DNA of 64,000 nucleotides from Clostridiales bacterium. Lineage in GTDB: Bacteria > Bacillota > Clostridia > Christensenellales > CAG-314. Both the position numbers and the translations under genes were made by a program. Positions 36,092-44,525 of this stretch are shown here, one piece after another. Location of the stretch: contig JAFLVK010000001.1 of assembly GCA_022508345.1 (NCBI GenBank), positions 292,371 to 356,370 on the forward strand, in the 5' to 3' direction. Position 1 is the stretch's first letter; each line of letters starts with the position of its first letter. The notes under the pieces were generated by a model. It had not been told where the DNA came from. It was given only the letters and a program-made list of their open reading frames with translations, and ran no database searches.

Positions 36092-39000
36092 CTATTGGTT
36101 TTCCACTGTGTCGGAAGTTGCCACGTCCGACTTTACAACTTTGCCTTTGCTGTTGAACTTTATGCGCTTGACAATGCAGTAGAAGCAGGGAATGAGCACT
36201 AGCGTTACCAGTGTACCCAGTAGCAAGCCACCAAGCACCACTATACCCATGGGCTGCATTAGCTCTCCGCCACGTCCCAGCCCCAATGCTAAGGGAACAA
36301 GCGCAAGTATGGTTGTGAGGGTGGTCATGAGAATGGGACGTAAACGAGACTTGCAACCCTCAACCACTGCCTGTTGCGGCTCCATGCCCTCTTCAATTAG
36401 CATGTTTATCTTGTCAATCATTACAATTGCGCCGTTGACGATAACGCCCATTAACATTATCAAGCCCACAAATGACACGACGTTTAGCGTCATGCCTGTG
36501 ATTGCCAGTGCCAAAAATCCGCCAGTGAAGCTGAATGGTATGGACATAATTACGATAAACGGCTTGGTGAGCGATTCGAATTGGCAAGCCATTACGCTGT
36601 ACAGCAACACGAATGCAGCAATTAGCGATATTACCAACCCGGTGAACGCATCGTTGAGGTAGCTTGCTACGCCACCCTCACGGTATTCCACCCCGTCGAA
36701 TTCAGCAAGCGTTTCCTTTACAACCTTGCTGATTGTCTTGCCTATTGTGCCGGAATCGATTCCGTAAATTTCCAAATCGATGGAGGTGAAATATTTGCCG
36801 TCCTTTTTGTGGATGGTGTTTGCAACCTCCTCCGTTGTGTACAGCTTGCCGTCGTCTGCTTTTACCAGCACGTCGCAAAGTAATATCGCCCCGTCGGCAT
36901 CGAAGCCCACTACTATATTTGTCAGTGCATCCAGGTTGTCCTTTGTCGCGTCCACAAACTGTACCGAAACGTCGCAGCTTTCGCCGTCAATGTTGACGTT
37001 GGCAGCTGAGTAGCCCGACATACCCACGCGCAGCAGCATAACTGCCGTTTGGTAGTCCACGCCGCGTTCGGCGCACAGCATACGGTCGAACGTAAAGGAT
37101 ATTTGCGTGGTCAGCTCGGGTGTGTTGTCCACTGCCGATACGATATGGCTGGGGTCTGCTACAAGCAGCTTTTCCCTAACCTTAGCCGCAGCAGCGCGCA
37201 GCGTGTCCATATCGTCGCCGAGTAGCGACACCGATTGCCCCGACATTCCGCCCGTAACTTCGGCAATTACGCCGTCCATTTCGCGTACCGTTACGCTCTT
37301 GGCGGACACTCCCTCTTGCTTTATCAGTTGGCGAATTTCCTGGACGGTTTCGCTTGTCTTGAGCTGGGCTGTATCTATCTGAATGCGTATTACTCCGCTG
37401 TTGGCTGTTGCAAGTATGCCCTGTTTACCAACAGTCATGGCAAGGTATTCCAGCTTGTTGCCGTAGTGCGCGGAAACTGTATCGGCAATGTGCTTGCTTG
37501 TATCCTGTGCCTGCTCCAGCGTAACAGACGTATCAAATTCCACGTTTATTTCAATAATGCCCTTGTCCACGCCCGGCATAAATTCCGTACCGGTGGTAAA
37601 CACAAGCGCGATACTTGCACCAAACAACACCAACGCCACAACACATACAATCACCCGCTTGGTCAGCACCTTGGTCAAGATGTTGCCGTAGGCGTTTTCC
37701 ATTCTGTTGATGGATATCCTGTGCAGCCTGCTCTTTATACGCTTGTTGCGGGCTTGTCGTTTAGCAATGCGTTGCGCCTTTTTGTCGGTGTTGTTGCTGC
37801 GCGGTTCGTTGGCTTCGAAAGCGTGTCTTTTGCGCAGCGGGTTTTTGTAAATGAGGTGGTACAGCGACGGTATGACTGTAACTGCCACCAACAGCGACAT
37901 CACTATCGAAAACAGTACCGCCCACACCAAGTCGTAGAAAATTTCCCTTGTCAAGCCACGGGCAAACAGTATGGGGAAGAACACGCACACGTTTGTTAGC
38001 GTTGATGCAAGCAGCGACCCTGCCACCTCGCGTGTGCCGTGCAAGCAGCTGTCCGCTACGTTTTCACCTGCGTCGCGCCGTTTGGTGATGCTTTCCAACA
38101 CTACGATACTGTTGTCCACCAGCATACCGATACCTACGGCAAGTCCACCAAGCGAAACAAGATTCAAGGATATGTTCATAACCCACAGTCCAACAAGTGC
38201 AACCAGCACGGACAGCGGCATGGTTATGGACACAATCAACGACGAACCAATCTTGCGCACAAACAGATAGATAACAAGCACGGCAAGCACACCGCCGATA
38301 ACTATCGATGTAAGCACGTTGCTGATACTGTCGTTGATAAATCCCGCCTTGTCGTCCAACAGCTTCACCACGCTGTCGCTTTCGAAATTTGCCAGCACCT
38401 TTTTCACTGCGTTGACAACGTCCGTGGTGTTTGCATCGGATACGGCGTACACTTCAATGGTTACGGACAGCAGCCCGTTGTACTGCGCGTATGCATCGTT
38501 GTTTTCGTAAAAGGCTATGTGACCTATATATGAGAGGGGAACCAAAAGCTTATCCGAGCCGCTATCGAACTGGCATATGCGCGCAAAGCGCACCACGTCA
38601 GTCGTCGGCGTAATTCCGAAATCCAGCCCCAGGTTGAGCTTTTGATAAAGTTCCACAAGTTCCGTGTCGCTGTACACGACGTATTCGCCGTAGCTGTAGT
38701 AGTTAGCGGCAATCTCATCGTCGGTGAGATGGACAATGTTGCCGTTTTTGTCAACAATACTGTTGTTGGAATCAACCAAACGTCCGAAGCTATTTACAAA
38801 CAAGTATTCCGTGCCGTTGAGCTCTACTATCTGCTTGCCGTCGTCATTTAGCGTTATTTCCGCACCGTTTGCGTAAATGGGGTTGCCTTTTTCATTTACA
38901 CGCGCAGTTTTGTATGAGGTAAGTACGCTTACAATGCAGCTGTCGTCGTCTTCGACGTAGAAGTTGTCGGAACGGATAACGTGTATCACCTGTGGAGACA

Positions 39001-40450
39001 TTAGCGCGGCAAAGCCGTTAGCGGGAGATACGCTTGCAAACAATGCGGCAAATTGCGCATCGGTAATTTCCTCACCATTGCGCACGGTTTGCACAATGTC
39101 AGCGTATGCAACGGTGTTCACCTTGTCGGCAAATGTGCAAATGTCTACCGCCTCGTCGTGGGAGTATTCGTCTGAGTGCAAGATGTCCAGCCCGTCAAAG
39201 TGTTGCTGTTGATTTACGTCAAGATATCCGCCATCTTGAAACAGATCGGCGAAGTTGTCGTAGGTTATTTCGTAGCTTGTATCTTCAAGCTTGTTTTTGT
39301 CGTCCACCAACGCGCGGAACGCCACAATTTTGTCCCAATCCTGCTTGACCGTTTCCCCGTCAGTGTCGCGCAACCATTTGAGCGCATCTACCGACACTCC
39401 GTACTGGTCGGCAAGCGCTTGCAAATCGTCGTCGGACATGCTTTTGAAGTCCTCGTTGGAGATGATACGTTCAATTGTCGGCCACATCAAGCGTAGAGAG
39501 GGCGCAGAATTGGTGCGCACAAGTGTCATTAACGACTTGACTGCGACAAGTCCATGCTGCTGCTCTTCCAGTTCGGAAGCTTGCTTGCCCTCAATATCCT
39601 CAATTACACTTTTGGCGTCCAATGCGCTGTCGATATAGCTGTTAAATTCCTCCAGCGTGCACGTTAGGTACTCCATCACTACGCGCTTGAGCAAGGCAAA
39701 GCTGTTGATTACCGACGAACCGAGGTTGAGCTCAGCGGGTAACCGCATGATATCAAGCAGGCTTGTTGCATCCGTTGCGTTTCGTATGGATACAGTCGTT
39801 CCGTCCTGCATGATTGTGCCAAGCGGTATGTTCAAGTTTTCGCCGGACAGTGACTGAACAATGAGTAGCGCCGTTATGTCCAAACCTTCTAGCGCGGTAA
39901 TGCGCACCTGCCTTTCCGCCGTGCCCATTACCTCCACCGAGCCAACGCCCTCAATACCGTTGAGCTTTGCCGCAAGGTTTTTCGCGTCGCGCGTAAGTGC
40001 GTCAACGTCGCCCTGGGCATTGTACACGGATATCGTTGCCGTTGCGGTGCCGTTCATGTCAATCTTTATGTAACTGGGCTCGTAACAACCGTCGGGAAAT
40101 GTGAACGCCTTGAATGCGTCCTGTATCACGGAGATTTTTTCGTCGATGTCCGTGCCGTAGTCGAAGGTCAACACCGCAACCGAAGCGTTGTCGTAGGACA
40201 TTGTTTCCAGCTCCTTTATTCCCGGCACTGTTTGCAACGCCTTGTCAATCTTGCTGGTTACACCCTCCTCAACGCTAGTAGCGCTTGCCCCGGGATACAC
40301 CACCGATATGCCAAGCATGGGTAGCTTGATGTTCGGCAGCAGGTTTGTGGACATGTCCATTGTTGCAAGCACACCCGCAGCCAGCAGCACTACTACCAGC
40401 ACGCACACCGTTACGGAGCGTTTAATTGATGCTTTGATAATTCTGTTCAT
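36092..40450 (-). CDS. RND-superfamily efflux permease with a ~390-aa insertion, no adjacent adaptor
   Basis: 1452 aa. AcrB-like N-terminus and two six-TM bundles (GMLVDNSIVVLES, GVIVNGAIVMID). TM2 starts near aa 712, versus about aa 340 in AcrB or SwrC. Confidence 0.85.
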   Translation of the reverse strand: MNRIIKASIKRSVTVCVLVVVLLAAGVLATMDMSTNLLPNIKLPMLGISVVYPGASATSVEEGVTSKIDKALQTVPGIKELETMSYDNASVAVLTFDYGTDIDEKISVIQDAFKAFTFPDGCYEPSYIKIDMNGTATATISVYNAQGDVDALTRDAKNLAAKLNGIEGVGSVEVMGTAERQVRITALEGLDITALLIVQSLSGENLNIPLGTIMQDGTTVSIRNATDATSLLDIMRLPAELNLGSSVINSFALLKRVVMEYLTCTLEEFNSYIDSALDAKSVIEDIEGKQASELEEQQHGLVAVKSLMTLVRTNSAPSLRLMWPTIERIISNEDFKSMSDDDLQALADQYGVSVDALKWLRDTDGETVKQDWDKIVAFRALVDDKNKLEDTSYEITYDNFADLFQDGGYLDVNQQQHFDGLDILHSDEYSHDEAVDICTFADKVNTVAYADIVQTVRNGEEITDAQFAALFASVSPANGFAALMSPQVIHVIRSDNFYVEDDDSCIVSVLTSYKTARVNEKGNPIYANGAEITLNDDGKQIVELNGTEYLFVNSFGRLVDSNNSIVDKNGNIVHLTDDEIAANYYSYGEYVVYSDTELVELYQKLNLGLDFGITPTTDVVRFARICQFDSGSDKLLVPLSYIGHIAFYENNDAYAQYNGLLSVTIEVYAVSDANTTDVVNAVKKVLANFESDSVVKLLDDKAGFINDSISNVLTSIVIGGVLAVLVIYLFVRKIGSSLIVSITMPLSVLVALVGLWVMNISLNLVSLGGLAVGIGMLVDNSIVVLESITKRRDAGENVADSCLHGTREVAGSLLASTLTNVCVFFPILFARGLTREIFYDLVWAVLFSIVMSLLVAVTVIPSLYHLIYKNPLRKRHAFEANEPRSNNTDKKAQRIAKRQARNKRIKSRLHRISINRMENAYGNILTKVLTKRVIVCVVALVLFGASIALVFTTGTEFMPGVDKGIIEINVEFDTSVTLEQAQDTSKHIADTVSAHYGNKLEYLAMTVGKQGILATANSGVIRIQIDTAQLKTSETVQEIRQLIKQEGVSAKSVTVREMDGVIAEVTGGMSGQSVSLLGDDMDTLRAAAAKVREKLLVADPSHIVSAVDNTPELTTQISFTFDRMLCAERGVDYQTAVMLLRVGMSGYSAANVNIDGESCDVSVQFVDATKDNLDALTNIVVGFDADGAILLCDVLVKADDGKLYTTEEVANTIHKKDGKYFTSIDLEIYGIDSGTIGKTISKVVKETLAEFDGVEYREGGVASYLNDAFTGLVISLIAAFVLLYSVMACQFESLTKPFIVIMSIPFSFTGGFLALAITGMTLNVVSFVGLIMLMGVIVNGAIVMIDKINMLIEEGMEPQQAVVEGCKSRLRPILMTTLTTILALVPLALGLGRGGELMQPMGIVVLGGLLLGTLVTLVLIPCFYCIVKRIKFNSKGKVVKSDVATSDTVENQ

Positions 40451-40550
40451 TGTTACCTCAAATTGTATATATCATTGTAGCATATACAAATTAAATATGA
40501 TACAAATTATAGGAAAACAAACATAAATTTTTGTTCGCGATTGAACACAA

Positions 40551-40583
40551 CAAGACCCCCGCAACAACGTGCGGGGGTCTTGT
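40551..40583 (-). terminator. GC-rich hairpin after hsp20
   Basis: aagacccccgca / tgcgggggtctt 12-bp stem. The downstream U-tract is weak (UUGUGUU). Confidence 0.5.
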
Positions 40584-40613
40584 TACAATAAATAAGGAGG
40601 AAATGCTATTGAA

Positions 40614-41018
40614 TTAGTCAATAACTATATTGTGACGACTTTCTTCCGGCTTGTCTTTGGGTACGGTAACGGTCAAAACGCCGTTTTCGTACTTTGCCTT
40701 GATTTGCTTTTCGTCTACGTCGCCCATGTAGTAGCTACGCGAAAAGCTGCTTGCGCGTTCTCTGCGAATGTAACGGCCGTCGTCGCTTGTTGCCTCTTTC
40801 TTGGCGGAAATGGTAACGTAGCCGCTTTCAAACTTCAAAGAGATGTCTTTTTTGTCAAAACCGGGCATTTCTACGTCCATAATGTAGCTTTTGTCCGTTT
40901 CCTTGATGTCTGTTTTCATAAAGCTGCTTTCACTGTCCACATAGAAGGGACGGAAAAAGCTTTCGAATGCCTCGTCAAATAAATCGTTGTTTCTGCGTGT
41001 AGTCATATAGTTTTTCAT
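40614..41018 (-). CDS. Small heat-shock protein (Hsp20/alpha-crystallin)
   Basis: 134 aa. DIKETDKSYIMDVEMPGF ... YENGVLTVTVPK. Confidence 0.92.
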   Translation of the reverse strand: MKNYMTTRRNNDLFDEAFESFFRPFYVDSESSFMKTDIKETDKSYIMDVEMPGFDKKDISLKFESGYVTISAKKEATSDDGRYIRRERASSFSRSYYMGDVDEKQIKAKYENGVLTVTVPKDKPEESRHNIVID

Positions 41019-41080
41019 GGTAATATCTCCTTGTTGAATTATAGTTGAAGAGTTAGTTTAGCAATCTTTGTGATTGATTG

Positions 41081-41107
41081 TTAGCACTCTTGTGTATCGA
41101 CTGCTAA
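41081..41107. promoter_or_regulatory. CIRCE (HrcA) operator, one mismatch
   Basis: TTAGCACTC-N9-GACTGCTAA against the consensus TTAGCACTC-N9-GAGTGCTAA. Sits immediately downstream of the -10 box. Confidence 0.75.
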
Positions 41108-41108
41108 T

Positions 41109-41136
41109 ATTGTAACACATCTAGCCGATTTGTCAA
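41109..41136 (-). promoter_or_regulatory. hsp20 promoter
   Basis: TTGACA, 16-nt spacer, TACAAT on the minus strand. Confidence 0.6.
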
Positions 41137-41208
41137 CACTTTTTTTACAATTTTTGGAAATTTTTTTGAAAAATATACTAAATGCCTATATTTGAGTGTA
41201 AAAAATGC

Positions 41209-41237
41209 AAAAAAAACCTCCCTTGTGTAAAGGGAGG
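41209..41237 (-). terminator. Terminator after the C-S lyase gene
   Basis: cctccctt-N5-aagggagg with a U-run on the minus strand. Confidence 0.75.
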
Positions 41238-41252
41238 TGGATTGGGAGCCTT

Positions 41253-42419
41253 TTATTTACTCTTTATATAGTTTTCTATGCCCACTTTCAACCGCTTGAG
41301 CCCGTCAAGAAGAGTTTTCTTGGGGCAGGCGACGTTTAGGCGAATGAAAAACCTGCCGTTTCCGCGGTATTTAGTTCCGCAGTTGAGGTACAGCCCCGTT
41401 TGTTCACGGATAAAGTCGCAAAGCGCTTCCGAGTCGTCCGTTACTGCCGAGCAGTCAACCCACAGCAGATATGTCGCGTCCTGTGCGATTAGCTTGAGTT
41501 GGGGCAGATTGTTTGTCAGGTATTCCCCAACAATCTTGCGGTTTTGCGAAATATACTCACGAAGCTCGTCCAACCACTGTCCACCTTGGTTAAATGCGGC
41601 AATTGTAGCCTCGCACGCAAAGGCGTTTGGCTCGGCAACCTCGTCGGAATTGAGCCCACGCACCACAATATTGCGCAGGTGCTCGTTGGCAACAAATACC
41701 GCTGCCGATTGAAGCCCCGCAATACTGAATGCCTTGCTTGCGGATATTGCCGTAACAGAAATGTCGCGACAGGTAGCCGAAACGGAAGCAAACGGAACGT
41801 AATGTGTGCCAGGCTCGGTCAAATCGCAATGTATCTCGTCGGACAGCACCGTCACGCCGTGCTTCAAACACAGTTCACCTACAGCAGCAAGCTCCTGCTT
41901 GCTCCACACTTTTCCAACGGGGTTGTGTGGGTTGCACAGTATCAGCAGGGTGGAGTTCTCGTGAGATAGCTTCAACTCCAAGTCCGAAAAGTCAATGCTG
42001 TAGCGTGCACCGTCGTAGGCAAGTGGGCACTCGAGAGTGTGCCTGCCTGTGTTTTCTATCGAGTGGAAGAAAATGTCGTACACAGGGGTCAACACTACCA
42101 CGTTGTCGCCAATGTTTGTGAGGCGCTTGACACTGCTGGTAATTGCCGGCACCACACCCGTGGTAAAGCACAGCCAGTCCCTTTCGATTGTTAGGTTGTG
42201 ACGGGTGCGCCACCAGTTGATAATTGCACTGTACCATTCGTCGGGGACAATCTGGTAGCCGAACACACCGCTTTTCGCCTTGCGCAGTACTGCCTCTGTT
42301 ACGCAGGGCGCGGTGGGGAAGTCCATATCCGCAACCCACATGGGCAGTTCGTTTTCCGCTACGTCCCACTTCAGCGACCCCGTTCCCCTGCGGTTTACCA
42401 CTTTGTTAAAATCAGTCAT
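41253..42419 (-). CDS. PLP-dependent C-S lyase (MalY/PatB-type aminotransferase class I/II)
   Basis: N-terminus FNKVVNRRGTGSLKWD and SASKAFSIAG (PLP lysine). Confidence 0.85.
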   Translation of the reverse strand: MTDFNKVVNRRGTGSLKWDVAENELPMWVADMDFPTAPCVTEAVLRKAKSGVFGYQIVPDEWYSAIINWWRTRHNLTIERDWLCFTTGVVPAITSSVKRLTNIGDNVVVLTPVYDIFFHSIENTGRHTLECPLAYDGARYSIDFSDLELKLSHENSTLLILCNPHNPVGKVWSKQELAAVGELCLKHGVTVLSDEIHCDLTEPGTHYVPFASVSATCRDISVTAISASKAFSIAGLQSAAVFVANEHLRNIVVRGLNSDEVAEPNAFACEATIAAFNQGGQWLDELREYISQNRKIVGEYLTNNLPQLKLIAQDATYLLWVDCSAVTDDSEALCDFIREQTGLYLNCGTKYRGNGRFFIRLNVACPKKTLLDGLKRLKVGIENYIKSK

Positions 42420-43261
42420 TACTTCTTCCTCAATTCTACAGTAGTTTTGCTTGGGTCGATGTAGCTGTCGTCCAAAACAAGCTCGCCGATGCTGTCGGCA
42501 ACGATACGTCCGCTTGTGGGGTTGACAATGCTGTCCACATGCCCAACAATTTCCGCATCAACGGTGGAATACTCAAACGAACGTGTTGTGTTGATAAGCT
42601 TGCAATTGACAAGCTTCAAGTTCTTGACGTAGCACAGCCCCTGCAGGCTTTCTATCGTGCAGTTTACAAAGGTTACGTTTTCCGCATTCCAGGCAAGGTA
42701 CTCGCCGGAGATAAAGCTGTCGTAAACGGTGACGTTTTTGCAATTCCAAAAGCTGTCCTTACTAAGCAGCTTTGCACGCCTGATAGTTACGTTTTCCGCA
42801 CTGTCGAAGCAGTAATCTCCCGTGAGAACAAAGTCCTCGCAGGTGATGTTTTTGCACCCCATGGCAAAATATGTACCCTGCGCCTGAACGCTCTTGAGCG
42901 AAACATGCTCACAGTTCCACAGCGTTTCGCTGGCATTGGGAATGACGACGTTGTTGAGCGTTACTCGCGTTGCTCGGCGGAAAGACTTGACCGCTTCTAT
43001 CACGCAGTTGTTAAATGTGATGTTATCGGTGTACCATATACCTGCTCGCGCCGTATCAAACAGCGTGCAGTTGTTGAGCACAATGTCCTTGCTGTACCAA
43101 AGAGGATACTTCCACTTGAACAGACAGTTGTCCAGCAGTAAATTGCTGCTTTCCTTCAATGGCGATTCGCCTGCGTCAAAGGTGCACTCCTGTAGGTGCA
43201 TGTCCTTGACGGCAAACAGTGCGCGCTCACCCGTGTAAAACTTGCGTACTTCTTTTTTCAT
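42419..43261 (-). CDS. DUF3737-family beta-helix protein
   Basis: 280 aa. Repetitive NC(T/V)(L/I)-type beta-helix rungs. N-terminus KFYTGERALF. Confidence 0.7.
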   Translation of the reverse strand: MKKEVRKFYTGERALFAVKDMHLQECTFDAGESPLKESSNLLLDNCLFKWKYPLWYSKDIVLNNCTLFDTARAGIWYTDNITFNNCVIEAVKSFRRATRVTLNNVVIPNASETLWNCEHVSLKSVQAQGTYFAMGCKNITCEDFVLTGDYCFDSAENVTIRRAKLLSKDSFWNCKNVTVYDSFISGEYLAWNAENVTFVNCTIESLQGLCYVKNLKLVNCKLINTTRSFEYSTVDAEIVGHVDSIVNPTSGRIVADSIGELVLDDSYIDPSKTTVELRKK

Positions 43262-43310
43262 TATTCTTCCTGTTAGATGTTTTTTATTAACAATTTAAAT
43301 ATACCGAAAT

Positions 43311-43435
43311 ATTGAGGTGGTTAGATGCGAGCAAGACGAGGCGCGCGAGGAAAACTCGAAGGAGTGTACTAAGCGTACATGACTGAAAGTTGCCACAGCG
43401 CAACAAAGTATTGCGACGCATATCACCGCCTCAAT
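43311..43435. repeat. Structured repeat, copy C (overlaps the prfB stop codon)
   Basis: Arms ATTGAGGTGGT / ACCGCCTCAAT. Internal blocks as in copies A and B. Confidence 0.8.
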
Positions 43436-44525
43436 AAAGTTTCTGTAGGTAATCTTCGATAAAGGGCTGAATATTGCCGTCCATGACGTCTTCGACGTTG
43501 GAGTTTTCAAAGCCCGTGCGGTGATCCTTGACAAGCGTGTAGGGACAGAACACGTAGGAGCGAATTTGGCTACCCCATTCTATCTTTTTTATCTCGCCCT
43601 TCAACGACATCGCTTCTTCCATTTGTTCGCGCTCCTTGAGCTCCGCCAGCTTGCCGCGCAGCATGTTCATTGCCTGTTCGCGGTTTTGTATTTGACTGCG
43701 TTCGTTTTGGCAGGCAACCACAATACCTGTGGGCAGGTGCGTAATGCGAATTGCGCTTTCCGTCTTGTTGACGTGCTGTCCGCCTGCACCGCTACTACGA
43801 TAGGTGTCGATTTTCAAGTCCTTGTCTTCAATTACAATTTCGTTGTCCTGTACCAATTCCGGCATAACCTCAAGGGAGGCAAAGCTGGTGTGCCTGCGCT
43901 TGTTGGAGTCGAACGGAGAAATACGCACCAAACGGTGAACGCCCTTTTCCGCTTTCAAGTAGCCGTAGGCGTTGGTGCCGTTCACCTGGAAGGTTACCGA
44001 CTTGATACCTGCCTCTTCGCCGTCAAGATAGTCCAGCACAGCAAGCTTGTAACCGCGACGTTCGCAGTAGCGCGTGTACATTCGGTAAAGCATTGACACC
44101 CAGTCCTGCGCTTCCGTACCGCCTGCACCCGCATGTAGGGTAAGTATTGCGTTATTTGCATCGAACTTGCCGGACAGCAGGGTTGCGATACGCATTTCGT
44201 TTACCTGGGCGCTGATTTGTGCAAGCTCCGATGCCGTTTCCTCCAGCATGGCTTCGTCACCGTCGCACATAGCAAACAGCTCGGTAACGTCATTTAAGCG
44301 CTTGCTGAGCTTGGCGTAGCTGTTGATCTTGTCCTCGATGTTGCTGGCGCGCTGGCTTACCTGTTGGGCGTTTTTCACGTCATCCCAAAAATCGGGCTTG
44401 TGCTGCTGTTCAACAAGGGCTTGTAACTCGCTTTGCAGCTTTGGAATGTTAAGGCTTTCACCAATACCCGCAAGCTTGGTTTGCAAATCCTTAATATTTA
44501 GTTTTAGTTCCTCAATTTGTATCAT
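43431..44525 (-). CDS. prfB: Peptide chain release factor 2 (single ORF, no frameshift)
   Basis: 364 aa. SPF tripeptide in RISPFDS, GGQ in SGAGGQHVN. The N-terminus is continuous through the usual frameshift position. Confidence 0.95.
   Translation of the reverse strand: MIQIEELKLNIKDLQTKLAGIGESLNIPKLQSELQALVEQQHKPDFWDDVKNAQQVSQRASNIEDKINSYAKLSKRLNDVTELFAMCDGDEAMLEETASELAQISAQVNEMRIATLLSGKFDANNAILTLHAGAGGTEAQDWVSMLYRMYTRYCERRGYKLAVLDYLDGEEAGIKSVTFQVNGTNAYGYLKAEKGVHRLVRISPFDSNKRRHTSFASLEVMPELVQDNEIVIEDKDLKIDTYRSSGAGGQHVNKTESAIRITHLPTGIVVACQNERSQIQNREQAMNMLRGKLAELKEREQMEEAMSLKGEIKKIEWGSQIRSYVFCPYTLVKDHRTGFENSNVEDVMDGNIQPFIEDYLQKLY

Noticed and set aside
43311-43435. Whether the repeats are integron attC sites, since they are imperfect palindromes at gene 3' ends and GTTAGAT matches GTTRRRY.
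   Set aside because: The GTTRRRY-like site is at the wrong end relative to the upstream gene. Only copy C fits it (copies A and B read GTTAGAA and ATTAGAA). No integrase or cassette array is present, and the neighbouring genes are core housekeeping genes.
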